A stretch of DNA of 64,000 bases from contig CP075495.1 in NCBI GenBank assembly GCA_021613535.1, positions 13,082,001-13,146,000 on the forward strand. The letters run 5' to 3'. The translations under genes were made by a program, and so were the position numbers. This document shows, piece by piece, positions 1 to 12,462 of the stretch. Position 1 is the first letter of the stretch, and every line of letters starts with the position of its first letter. This DNA comes from Adineta vaga. Lineage: Eukaryota; Animalia; Rotifera. The notes below the pieces were generated by a model that had not been told where the DNA came from, made no database searches, and saw only the letters and a list, made by a program, of their open reading frames with translations.

Positions 1-17
1 TAACATCACCAACAGAT

Positions 18-2646
18 ATGAATATGAATCAAAATATACATTCACAAACAACTGCATCATCATCACTTTTAATATTGCCATCAACTTCATCGTCATCAGA
101 AGTTACATCAATAGTAACTGATACAAAAGCAAAACGACTTTTGAATACAATTGATAAATTACATCAAATTCAAAATGCAAATAAAGATATGACAACATCA
201 AACATCAGTCTTGAAACGGAACAAATGAAAATAGATGAAGATGATCATCATTTTTCACTCGATCATTCATTACAAATATCTCAAGTTTTTACAATTGATC
301 ATCTAGATGATTTAAACAAAGAATATCAATCGTCAACTAATACCAGTAAAGTTTAATGAAGATTCTCCAAAAATCTTATCTCTTGAAACTGTTTGTAGAC
401 GAAATTTTCCCACAATCTTCTCTTGAATCTGATTCATTTCGATGTCCAAAAAGTCATCTCGAAGATGCTTTATTCAAATTTCTTGAACAAGCAAATCTTT
501 TACAATATTATTCTGCTTTTATTGAACAAGGTTTGACGCTCGTCTTTAATTCCAAAACATAAACTATATCTTTTCAATTTAATTAGGTGGCGATGATTTA
601 AAACAACTTGCAGAAGCACAAAATGATGATTTTCAAGAGATCATTACTCTCGTTGGAATGACATCGAAACCTTTACATATAAAACGTTTTAAAAAGGCTT
701 TAGCTGATTATCGACAATCAATCAATGATATAGATATCAATCAATCGTATACATCGAGTTCACTGCGTTGTTTATCAACAGGATTATCATTATCTGATCG
801 ACATTCAACATCAACAAATAATTCAATAAAAGTTAACAATCAAATAATATCGAATTGGAATGTAAATATTAGTTTACTTTGATTCTTGACAAAAAATCTG
901 CATTATACGCGAAGAAAAGATTTGAAATTGTTATTTGTTTTCAGACGATTGATCCTAATAAAAATAATAATGCGCATCAATTATTGGATGATAGTCAACG
1001 AAAGATGATTGCTGATGAAGCAGAACGTTTAGCAAATTTATTACCATTGACAACAATGAAAAGATTCAATGGACAAAATAATATTTCCAAAGAATTATTT
1101 GTATAATTTTATATAGGAAAAATATCCTTGTATATTGATTTCTATAGGCAACAATGAATTTACCAAGAGATTTTGAAGATCGTTGGCAACGTATCCGAAA
1201 ATATTCAGCGATTTGTAAGAATTTTACAAAAGATTTTTTCAAAGACTCGCTTTTACTTCATATAACTTAGATAATCGATTTGATTCAAAGAAATCCAATG
1301 AAATAATGAGTTTACATGAAGTAATTTCAGAAACATATTTTAAACATTATCTTTATTTTATCATATATAAATCAATCTAGATTTTAATCAATGAAGCAGC
1401 AGCTGCTATTTGTTTTTATCGACCAGGTCCTTTCCTTAAGAATTGATCGGTATTTGTTCAACTATTTCGAACTTTAGAATATCTAACCCGTCGTGATGAA
1501 TTATCACATCTTGCTCGACGTATTCTTCAAAATATTGGAATTACTACCAATAGTACTCTCAAACGGTATCATAAATTCATTCTATTTCTTTCGTAAAATC
1601 AATTTTTAAATACTCTATAGACCATTAAATATGTTAACATGTGACATAACACCTGCAAAACAAGTTAAATTGAATATGTCTCTTGGAAAACCTACAACAC
1701 GACAAAGAGATCCAGATACGTTTCGATTAATGTGGCATAATCGTGAAGTATGAAATCTTATTAATACTTGAATTGAGATTGATTCAGTTTTTTATTATTA
1801 TAAAGGCAAAAGTTGAACAAATTCCAATTGAAATCGAAACACTTCGTTGTGAACAAAACAAATTATTACAACAACTTAAACAAAACACAATGGATTCCTC
1901 ATCATCATCATCATCATCTATAGATACTAATAATAGTTTAAAAAAACAAATTGATGAATTAAGTAAAAAAATTGAACAACTTAGTGATGAAGAGAAAAAT
2001 TTACGAAGATTAATTCGAAAAAAGAATATGCGGTAATTGATAAAAACATTTTTTTCCTTTTTCCCAATTTATTGTTCTCATATCTATTAGTCTTCGTGCT
2101 AAAGAACGTCATCAACAAAAACAACAAATGTCGGAAACTCATTCATCAACTGTTCAAGATTTAATATTACCGATGACACCACCACCACCATCATCATTAC
2201 TATCTTTTCCAGATGAATTCGAGCAAAATCAACAATCATTGTTAGCATTAACATGTGAATCTATCACGAACAATACTCCTCATTCAATAAATATCAAAGA
2301 AGAGAAAATTGAATCATCAATTAATCTTACTTCTCCAGTTTTAAAATCAAGAAAAGATATGTCAACTTGTTCAACAGCTAAATCAATTGATCGACGACGA
2401 GAAGAAGTAAACGATCGAGCAATTCTAATTAACAAGAAAATAAATGCTACAATAGATAAATCGTCTTGTTTAATACAAAGAAAACAATCATCGACAATGA
2501 TTCAATCAGTGTTTAACACTGATTTTCATTCAGAAATTCGAAATGATCATTTACTAACAACTGAAAATGACGATGACATTGTTGACAGCAAAAGTTTTAT
2601 CCATAATCTTGATTTTCATATAACTCATCTCACAGAAAATGAATAA
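18..2646 (+). CDS. NAB: NGFI-A-binding (NAB) transcriptional corepressor homolog, multi-exon
   Basis: Spliced exons give NCD1 (LEQANLLQYYSAFIEQGGDDLKQL...VGMTSKPLHIKRFKKAL) and NCD2 (RIRKYSAIYNRFDSKK...SLHEILINEAAAAIC...LTRRDEL), followed by a coiled coil and a Ser-rich tail. The start at 18 is uncertain because it is near the window edge. Confidence 0.85.
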
Positions 2647-2936
2647 ATACACGAAATTATTTATTTCCCATACAATGAGAAAGAAAACATTTCCCTTTTG
2701 TAATCCCATTTTGTTGTTTCATACTATTATAATCAATTTATAGATGTCATTAGTAGTTAATATGTTGTTTTCTTTCCTACACAGTATTTGTGCTCGTCAT
2801 CAGTTTACTATTTACCATAACGAGTGAAAGGAATGAAGCCTGAACGAAAACTTATAAATGTCAAATACTTGATCATTTCTTTTCTTCTTACACTAAATCA
2901 AGAGTGTTTGTTTCTATTTTTAGACGGTTAATCATC

Positions 2937-5900
2937 ATGTCGACAAAAGCAATCTATGAAGCAACAGGCAAAAAACTTTTAAATAAGTATCTCGGTTCAA
3001 CTGCAGCTGAATGTCGCTGTGTAAGCGTTGATGCAAATACCGATTGGAAGGAACTTATAGCTAATAATAGTTGGTTAGAAAATGAGGTTCGTTCTGACTT
3101 TATATTGATTAGAGAAAAAAAAAATGAATATTTGTGATCTTTTTAGCGATTAGTTGTTAAACCTGATCAATTGATTAAACGACGTGGAAAACTTGGACTT
3201 ATCAAAGGTAATGTGACAATTCAAGGAGCAAAAGATTTTATTTTCGAAACACTGGACAAAGAAATTTCGGTGAGATTATAGTATTTAAGAAATAAAAATA
3301 ATATTTTGCTAATTTTGAAAAATTTTCTCGTTTTCAGATTGGTCATACAACAGGAAAATTAAAACATTTCATCATTGAACCCTATCTTGAACATGAAAAA
3401 ACAGATGAAATGTATATTTGTATTTATTCGAATCGTGATGGAGAAATTATATTATTTCATCATGAAGGTGGTGTGGATATTGGTGATGTTGATTCGAAAG
3501 CAGTACAATATTCTGTTCTTATTGATGAATCATTTGATGTCAAGAAAATGGAAACAGCTCTATTGAAGCATGTACCTGCTGATCGACAATCGTATGTTTG
3601 AATAGATCTTTAAATATAGGCTTTTTCTTTTCATTTTTATACATTTCTAGGCATTTATCAGCATTTATTAGCAAATTATTTCAAGTTTATATGGAATTAC
3701 AATTTACTTATTTAGAAATTAATCCATTAGTTGTTACACCAACTGTTGTTTATATACTTGATCTTGCAAGTCGTCTTGATCAAACTGCAGAATATTTATG
3801 TGCCTCAAAATGGGGTACTATTAAATTTCCACCACCCTTTGGTCGAGATGCTTATGCTGAAGTATAAAGTTGAAAATTTTGAATGAAAATCGAGTTTGAT
3901 TTCTCCTCTATTTAAGGAAGCTTATATTGCTGAACTCGATGCTAAATCTGGCGCATCATTGAAATTAACCGTTCTCAATCCGAAAGGTCGTGTATGGACA
4001 ATGGTTGCTGGTGGCGGAGCATCGGTTATCTATAGGTATGTAATAGAAAATAGATAAATTAAATTGGTTTGAATTGAAATTTTTAGTGATACAATTTGCG
4101 ATATGGGTTTTGCTTCTGAATTAGCTAATTATGGAGAATATTCTGGTGCACCAAGCGAACAACAAACATATGAATATGCAAAAACAATTTTATCTTTGAT
4201 TATTAAAGAAAAGAATCCTGAAGGAAAAGTTTTAATTATTGGAGGTGGTATTGCTAATTTTACCAATGTTGCTGCGACATTCAAGGTAATTGGCATCTAT
4301 TTAAAACAAAGAGAACTGAAAATTGAAATACGAATTCATTTTTAGGGAATTGTAAAAGCATTAAGAGAATATCGTGATCATTTAATTGAACATAAAGTAT
4401 CAATTTTTGTTCGTCGTGCTGGTCCAAATTATCAAGAAGGTTTACGTGTTATGCGTGAAGTCGGCGCATCACTAGGCATCCCTATACATGTATTTGGACC
4501 GGAAACACATATGACAGCTATTGTTGGCATGGCATTAGGTATGATTCTTTCTTTCTCGACAGTCATTTATCAAATTAACTGTCGCTCTTTCATTTTGTTT
4601 ATCTATCTGTATAGGAAAACGTCCTATTGCACCTCCTGAACATGCAGAATTAACTACAGCTAATTTCTTACTACCAACTAGTGTCAATGTAAGTATTGAA
4701 GAATAAAGTTCTTTATTGTTCAATATTGTTTTGTATCATAATTCCGAATAGGATGGGATGGGGTAGGATAGAACAATCAGTCCATGAGATGATCAAGCTC
4801 GTCCCATCCCATTCTATCTCATGGGACAATTTTGCATTATATAAAAGTCTCATGGGATTGAATTATCCCATCCCATTCGGAATTCTGTTTTGTATGGTGT
4901 TGATTAATAGTATATGTTCTTAGGTTCCTTTACAAGATTTAAAAGCAGTGAGAATTCGAGAAAATATAATATCTAATAATAATAATAATAATAACACGGG
5001 TGATTGAAGGAAAAAAAGAATATAACTGCTTGCTTTTGTGTTTTTTTTTATTATTTGTCTGCGTCCTTCCTCTAGCAATCAAAAACAAAATTTGAAGAAG
5101 AACGTAGACGTCTCAATAGTTCGATAAGTTTTGAGCGTCAATCATCAGTGGTATGTACGTTTATTTAATGCATGTTTTATTCGATCAGTTAATAAATGTG
5201 TTTCTAAAATTATGCGTTCTACTATAGAAAAGCGAAGATTCCAATGCAGCTAGTGATACAACACCGAAAGTTCGTGATGGTATGCAAAAACTTAATTTGG
5301 ATCGACCATTATTTTCAAATACAACCAAATCGATTGTTTGGGGCATGCAAACAAAAGTAATTTCTTCTAAAGATACTCTTTAATCTAGTATTTTTCTTGT
5401 TTAGGCAGTACAAGGTATGCTAGATTTTGATCATGTATGTCGACGAACTCATCCATCCGTTGTGGCAATGATTTATCCATTTACTGGTGATCATAAACAA
5501 AAATTTTATTGGGGTCATGAAGAAATTCTTTTACCATGTTATAAAAATATGGCTGATTGTATGAAACGACATCGAGATGCTGATGTATTGATTAATTTTG
5601 CATCATTACGTTCTGCATATGATAGTACAATTGAAACATTGAAATACCCACAAGTAAAAATAACTAAATGAAGATAAATGAAATTATTCAATTTTTCATA
5701 TATCTAGATTCGATCAATTGCAGTTATTGCTGAAGGCATTCCAGAACAGTTAACACGCCGTATGTTACGTATAGCAAATAAACAAGGTGTCTTTTTAATT
5801 GGACCAGCAACTGTATGAAAGTGATCTGAAGATTTATTCTGTTGTAATCCTTTGTGTATAATTTAGGTCGGTGGTTTAAAAGCTGGTTGTTTTAAAATTG

Positions 5901-7857
5901 GACATACGGGTGGTATGCTTGATAATATTCTTATGTCGAAACTCTATCGACCAGGCAGGTATGTACGAGATAATCTTAGATATATTGCAAAGAAATGAAA
6001 TAAATTTCAATGTTTTCAGTGTGGCATATGTATCTCGATCAGGTGGCATGTCAAATGAATTGAATAATATCATTTCACGCAATTCAGATGGTGTTTATGA
6101 AGGCATTGCTATTGGTGGAGATCGGTAATTTGTATAATGTCAATTATTTCAAATATCAATTAGATTCTAGTTATCCGGGTACAACATTTACTGATCATAT
6201 CTATCGTTATGAAAATGATCCTGAAGCAAAAATAATTGTCCTTCTTGGTGAAGTATGTTTTGTAATCTTTCTTTTCTGACATCAACATCGTCGATAAATC
6301 TTGACTAGGTCGGTGGTATTGAAGAATATCACATTTGTGAAGCAATCAAATCAAACCGTATCACTAAACCTTTGATTGCTTGGTGTATCGGTACATGTGC
6401 ATCGATGTTTACATCTGAAGTGCAATTTGGCCATGCTGGTTCACATGCTGACAATGATCGTGAAACAGCGCTAGCAAAAAATAAAGCATTAAAAGATGCA
6501 GGTGCTTATGTACCAAATAGTTTCGATGAACTTGGAGATTTAATTCAGTAAGTAACAAACAATCAGATTGTAGAACGATAACATCTATGGTTTATTTAGT
6601 ATGGTATTCACGGAACTTATAGAAACTGAGCAACTCCAACCGAAACCAGATGTATTACCACCATCTGTACCAATGGATTATGATTGGGCTCGGGTATGAT
6701 AGAATACATTTTGATCTAGTGGATTTGGTTGTCTTATTGAAAATAAATTCTGTTTAGGAATTAGGTTTAATTCGTAAACCAGCTAGTTTTATGACTAGTA
6801 TTGTTGATGATCGTGGTCAAGAATTATTATACGCAGGTATGCCTATAACGGATGTAATCAAAGAAGATATGGGTATTGGTGGTGTACTTAGTTTACTTTG
6901 GTTTCGCAAACGGTTCGTTCTTTAAAGAAAAATGTTCATTTTTAGTATATCTTTTCTCTTCTAGTTTACCAAAATATGCAACTGACTTTCTCGAGATGAC
7001 ATTAATGGTAACAGCCGATCATGGACCAGCTGTCAGTGGTGCTCATAATACAATTGTATGTGCACGTGCTGGCAAAGATCTTGTTTCATGTTTAGCTTCT
7101 GGTTTATTAACAATTGTAAGAAAGAATACAAAGAATGAATCTTTTTTTATTATTATTCTACAATGAAATCTTTAGGGTGATCGATTTGGTGGAGCCCTTG
7201 ATAATGCTGCAAAACAATTTAGTGAAGCGTTTGATACAGGTTTACATCCAGCAGATTTTGTTAATAAAACACGTAAAGAAGGGCAACTTATCATGGGTAT
7301 TGGTCATCGAATTAAATCGGTAAAAATATCTTTTTTCAGAGCATTAAACTGATTTTTGATTGTATTTAGTTAAATAATCCAGATATGCGTGTTGTTCTTT
7401 TGAAAAAATTTGCCAAAGAAAATTTTCCATCAACTCCATTACTTGACTATGCACTTGAAGTTGAAAAGATCACTGTTAGCAAGGTAGGACTTCATTCATT
7501 CTAAAAGCTTTTGAATGAAATCCAATAATTCTGTTTTCATATAGAAACCAAATTTAATTTTAAATGTTGATGGATGTATTGGTGTAGCTATGGTAGATCT
7601 TTTACGCAATTGTGGTTGTTTTACACTTGAAGAAGCATCTGAATTTATTGAAAATGGCGCTTTAAATGGACTTTTTGTACTCGGTCGAAGTATTGGTTTT
7701 ATTGGTGAGTTAATTTATATGGCGAAATATTTTGAAAAAAAAATTCGTTCTTTCACATCTTTTCTCAGGTCATTTTCTTGATCAAAAACGTCTTCGACAA
7801 GGTCTTTATCGTCATCCATGGGATGATATATCTTATATTCTACCAGAATCAATGTAA
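2937..7857 (+). CDS. ACLY: ATP-citrate lyase, single-chain metazoan type, many short introns
   Basis: [12 protein letters not shown] start; [14 protein letters not shown]; [13 protein letters not shown]; [10 protein letters not shown]; phospho-His motif QFGHAG; [11 protein letters not shown]; C-terminal [20 protein letters not shown]. Confidence 0.97.
4737..4887. mobile_element. 151-bp hAT-like MITE in an ACLY intron
   Basis: Terminal inverted repeats CATAATTCCGAATAGGATGGGAT / ATCCCATCCCATTCGGAATTCTG. A perfect 8-bp TSD TTTTGTAT lies at 4729-4736 and 4888-4895, and there are internal ATGGGA/TCCCAT subterminal repeats. Confidence 0.85.
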
Positions 7858-8522
7858 AAGCTAAAGAATAACTTATCTTTTTCCAGTAGATATTTTATAT
7901 TGTCTTTGTGCGTTATTTAATGGTATTCATTCCTTCAATATCTTGTATTACTTTTAAATGGAAAAGAAAAAAAACTGATTAAGTAGATTCTCATTTCTAT
8001 TCGGTACTTTTTTGTTTAGTGATTCTTCTTATTCAGTATTTTCATTCCCAATTTTAACATATTCTTTATTTTATTTTGTCTTTCGATTATAACAGTACTA
8101 TCTCATGATCATTCTCACACATATCATAATCGATTCAATCTCGTGTCTTTTTATTGTGTTGTGTCTTCCTTTATCATTTTATTTATAATATTATTAAAAA
8201 AATAAATAAACGACTTAATTCTCTAGAGATTTCTACGCAAAATGATGTTTGATTTCATCATCAATGTAAATAAGATTATCTTGATTCGAAAAATATATAT
8301 ATATACGTGAAGGAATACTTTGAATTACAATACTAATCGATTGAATGGAAGATATTTAGTATTTTAAAAATAAAAACAATAAATATATATCGGGTGTAAA
8401 AAAAATAGATTAATAAATATTTATCTTTCTCATTCAAGATAAATATTTATATAAAAATAGTGGATATCTGTTTGATAGAATTTTGCACATATGTGTTGCC
8501 TTCTGAAAAATAATAAATATTA

Positions 8523-9282
8523 TTATTCCATCTGGACATCTTCTGTTTCTGTTTTTGAGACAGTTGTTATTGCTGCTTGATTAACATCAAGTTTTTCAAA
8601 AGGATTTTGTTTATCATCATTGTTTTTAGTTTCATCGATGTCTTTCGTTGCTCGTAATTCTTTTTCATAACGAATTAATTGTAAAAGAAAAGATGGATTT
8701 GGTCCAGCAACACGCCGTCGTTCAAGTAGATAACCATAGGCTTTTTGTAAAGTATCATGATGATATCTAAATGAAACGAAAATTCGTATTTGTTTAATAA
8801 ATAAAATTGAAGAAATCTGACTTCATTAAATATGCTAAAACAATTGAAGATGAACGTGATATTCCCATTTGACAATGCACTAAAACTTTCTCTTTGTTTT
8901 GTTTACAATCATATAGAAATTTATTCGTAACATCAAAATGTTTCTTTATATCTGCAGTAAAATCATCATTAAGATTAATCCATAGAACATTGAAATTTTC
9001 GAGAATTTCTTTGTCTAATTCACAATCACAAACATCAATGATATGTTTTATTTTTAATTCTTTTAATAATTTTGCATTTGAAGCATGTTGTATATCGCCA
9101 TGATAAAGAAATTCATCTAATACTAATGATGGATGACCAGTTGCCATTTGAGGATATGGTATTGATGAACGTTTCTTATATTGAAAATCGTATAGATCAT
9201 TTAGATAAGAGATTTCATCATCAGTTGCATTATATTTATCTCTTAGAAACTTCTGTGTAACACCTAATGTATCGCGAAACAT
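8523..9282 (-). CDS. Atypical dual-specificity protein phosphatase (2 exons)
   Basis: Active-site HCQMGISRS; second exon reads YHHDTLQKAYGYLLERRRVAGPNPSFLLQLIRYEKEL. Confidence 0.9.
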
Positions 9283-9427
9283 TGCACAATGATCTAAAAA
9301 TTTAATTGATTATTTAGAATTAAGATTTTTATAAATATATTTCTTGAGGTAGCAAAAAAATCCTTTATTCTTTCATTTGTTATACAAACGAGAGTATGTT
9401 TAAGTCAAGTTGCACATAAAAATAGAA

Positions 9428-9493
9428 GCAATATAAAAAAGATCAAGCTAAAATCCGTTTCGTTTAAAATTTTAGCTATCATAAAGGTATTGC
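9428..9493 (-). promoter_or_regulatory. SECIS element in the 3' UTR of the selenoprotein gene
   Basis: Minus strand: GCAAUA-ccuuu-AUGAU-AGCUAAAAUU-uuAAAcgaaacg-GAUUUUAGCU-UGAU-...-UAUUGC. This gives helix I, the AUGA/GA core, a 10-bp helix II and an apical AAA. Confidence 0.92.
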
Positions 9494-9601
9494 GAACTAT
9501 AAAAATACACAGACTTGAAATCAATGAAGAAAACAAAAACATATTCCGGTATGAGTATAACATAATGAAGACATTATCATGAACTTGAATGGATAGCTGC
9601 T

Positions 9602-10019
9602 TTAGAGAATTGAACAAGATGAACTCTTGTCAACTTCGGTCACGGTTTCAACTTCACGACCTTGAGCAGCATTGTCAACTTGTTCTGCAATCTAGAGAAA
9701 TATCAGATTAGCAGAAGATATTATATTCAAATTAGGAGGGAAAAAAACACAAACCTTGTCAAATGCAGGAAAGCTGCCACTGTCAAGTTTCGAAAAGATA
9801 ACTTTTTTATTTAAAGTTACCTCAAACGAACCTAGAACAAGATCATTAAGATATATTTTTTCAAATATAAAACTAAATATACTTACTACGTCGTCCAACG
9901 GTGCCAGTCACGGTAGCATTGGGCACGCGTTGCAAAATTTGCTTACGCAATGCCTCGTACCGTGAATCGTACCCTCATGCACCGCAATATTCTACGTTAA
10001 CAACAGCTGATTTACTCAT
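9602..10019 (-). CDS. Rdx-family selenoprotein (SelW2/MIEN1-like) with CxxU and C-terminal CaaX; exons 10019-9887, 9831-9755, 9691-9602
   Basis: MSKSAVVNVEYCGA-U(TGA at 9975-9977)-GYDSRYEALRKQILQRVPNATVTGTVGRRSSFEVTLNKKVIFSKLDSGSFPAFDKIAEQVDNAAQGREVETVTEVDKSSSCSIL*. Homology continues past the TGA and a SECIS lies downstream. Confidence 0.93.
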
Positions 10020-10444
10020 TGTTTTTGTTCAAACGAAGATAAATAAATGTTTTTAAAAAAAAGTATCTAAAATAAACGCCCACGTAATAAACAAAAGTGT
10101 GATTGGTTCGACACGCATATATATCAGATACGAATGTTAATAATTATGATGAAGAAAAGAAAAGAAGCACATATTATATATATCAACTGTGTAACTAACC
10201 TCGAACCAATCGAAGATTCGAGTTTCTAGATGGCATGCATAGACAGATTGTCATACTTTTTTTCACTCACAAGTTTACATTAAATTCAAATACAATCGAT
10301 CTAATCCTCGGCTTGTTTTGTTCAGAATTGTAAACATAACTAAATGCACATAATTAAACAAAGATTACGGAAGACAAGATCGTTGATTTAAGATTAGAAG
10401 AGCAACGAAATAAAAACATTTTGTTATTCAATTAGTTGAACAGA

Positions 10445-10993
10445 ATGTATCATTCATTGATTATGATGTTTTTTATCATTAATTTAATTAAAGGTGATTG
10501 TCTTTATCCTGAATGGAAAACAACGTGTCAAAAATATTGTATGGATAATCAATTGTATGAGATTCAACTTAATCAATGTTACAGTCAAAATCCGGATCAA
10601 TTAACTTGTAAATGTAGTGGACAAATATTAACAAATAAAATAAAAGATATCATAGAAAACAAAAACTCAATACGTCCTTCTACTTCAACTGTGTATTCCA
10701 CAACTTCTTCGAATGAAATATGTATTCCTTCTCAATCGTGCATCATTGGAAAAGGCGTCTGCTATAATAAAACTTCTTATTGTACTTGTCATAATGGAAT
10801 TTGGACAGAAGTTGCATGTCCTGAAGGAAATATCTGTAAAACTCAAAATACAATTTCATCGTGCCAATCAACATCAGCAGTAAATGATTCAATTTTATTA
10901 TCGTCATTCACTTCAACGATCGAGATCAACAAATATCTGTATATATTTGTTTATTGGATATTAGTTCAATGCGCGAAAGACAATAAATTTTAA
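10445..10993 (+). CDS. Intronless secreted/surface cysteine-rich protein (CSalphabeta-like domain, Ser/Thr linker, CBM19-like domain, hydrophobic tail)
   Basis: Signal peptide MYHSLIMMFFIINLIKG; C-x8-C-x3-C-x12-C-x9-C-x-C; then an 8-Cys module containing C..G.W....CP.G..C; hydrophobic C-terminus. Domain names are pattern-based. Confidence 0.7.
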   Translation: MYHSLIMMFFIINLIKGDCLYPEWKTTCQKYCMDNQLYEIQLNQCYSQNPDQLTCKCSGQILTNKIKDIIENKNSIRPSTSTVYSTTSSNEICIPSQSCIIGKGVCYNKTSYCTCHNGIWTEVACPEGNICKTQNTISSCQSTSAVNDSILLSSFTSTIEINKYLYIFVYWILVQCAKDNKF

Positions 10994-11054
10994 TTTCTTT
11001 CGTCAGGAAAATGAAACAAATTGAAATAAAATCTAATGTCATTGAGATCTATTT

Positions 11055-12054
11055 TCAAAAAAATGTTGGTAATCGATGTTCATTAGCAATCGTTGATGGA
11101 TAAATTTGCCTTGATGGTCGTCCAAATCGAGCTAAACGATAAAGAGTATGCTTCCAAACTTTGAAAAAACGTCGATCAATAAGCATAAAAATAAGTGGAC
11201 CAACTAAAGCACTTAAAATACTTCCAAAACGCGAATAGATACTTGGATAATTATTTGAAATAATATGTGAAAGAATAGCATTTGGTGCCCAAAAACTTAA
11301 CCATAAAGTATACAGAACAAAAAATTGAATAAGTAATTGTAAATGTTTACTATGCTAAAAAAGAAAATAAAAAGATGAAAATAATATTTGAGAAATTTTA
11401 ATATTATACTTGTGCTCGTGCAGCTCGTTGTGAATGACGAACATGTATTGTTGTTAATGCTACAAAATAGCAATTTAATACAATTGGTATTAATAAAATA
11501 GCGATTAAGTTTCCTATTTGAGTTTTAACATTATGATATTGTAAATGACAACTAGATGAATGTTGATGAACATGTACTGTTACGATTTGAACGAATTTTG
11601 TTTGAAAGAATAGAAAAAGTGCACCAAAAAGATAAAGAAATAGATTGATTAGAATAAGAATATATGGATATCGAGTAGCTATATCACAATTTTTTACAAT
11701 TAAATAATAACGTGTGATATTTAAACATACTAATATATAAGCTTCAAGAACAGTAATATAAGCAGATGTGTATGCTTCTAATCCACAGAATAGTTTGAAA
11801 ATCCTGGGTGAAATACAATATGGTAGTGATGTACGAAGACTGTATTCTATAAAGAGCTGAAGAAGTAGAAGCATATCGGTAAAAAGATAATTATAAACCC
11901 AAAGCATTGATAATTGCCGAAGTGGTCGATGTGTAGCTACTTGTATCCAGAATAAAATATGAAATATAAACGCAGGTATTGCTAATGCAAGATATGCTCG
12001 TCCTATAGGACGAAATCCTGATACCCAAGTCATGTTATAGCATGGCTGCGACAT
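11055..12054 (-). CDS. Divergent rhodopsin-like 7TM GPCR (2 exons)
   Basis: Seven hydrophobic segments; LNITRYYLIV (DRY-like), WAP in TM6, GPLIFMLIDRRF after TM7. Confidence 0.75.
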
Positions 12055-12462
12055 TTTCAAATGCAGAAAACAATGTGGAATTCAAGAAAAGACGTCATTT
12101 ATCTTCTTTCGTATTTGTTGACGATGATATTAATTTCAAATTAGTCCATGGGTGCAAAAAGTTCTAATGATTTTTAGACATCAATAGCAAATAATGATAT
12201 CGGAGAATTTAACTCAATTGATTTGAACAAACTCAAATGAACTGATTACATAGTTATTAATTATTCACTTGTCTATTATCCGTTTGTTATATAATAGAAT
12301 TTTTTTTGTACTTTTTCATAATTTTACCGCACGATCTAAGATATCCGTTTTCATGATTATAAGAAATGAAAGGTTATAGAATATATAAAAATGATATCTC
12401 TAGTTTATTATGAGTAATAATAAAAAAACATATAACGTATTTATTTTTTTGTTTAAAAAGAA

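Noticed and set aside
9975-9977. Premature stop implying a SelW pseudogene or an alternative genetic code
   Set aside because: The TGA sits at the known Sec position with a SECIS downstream, and other genes here use TGA as a normal stop.
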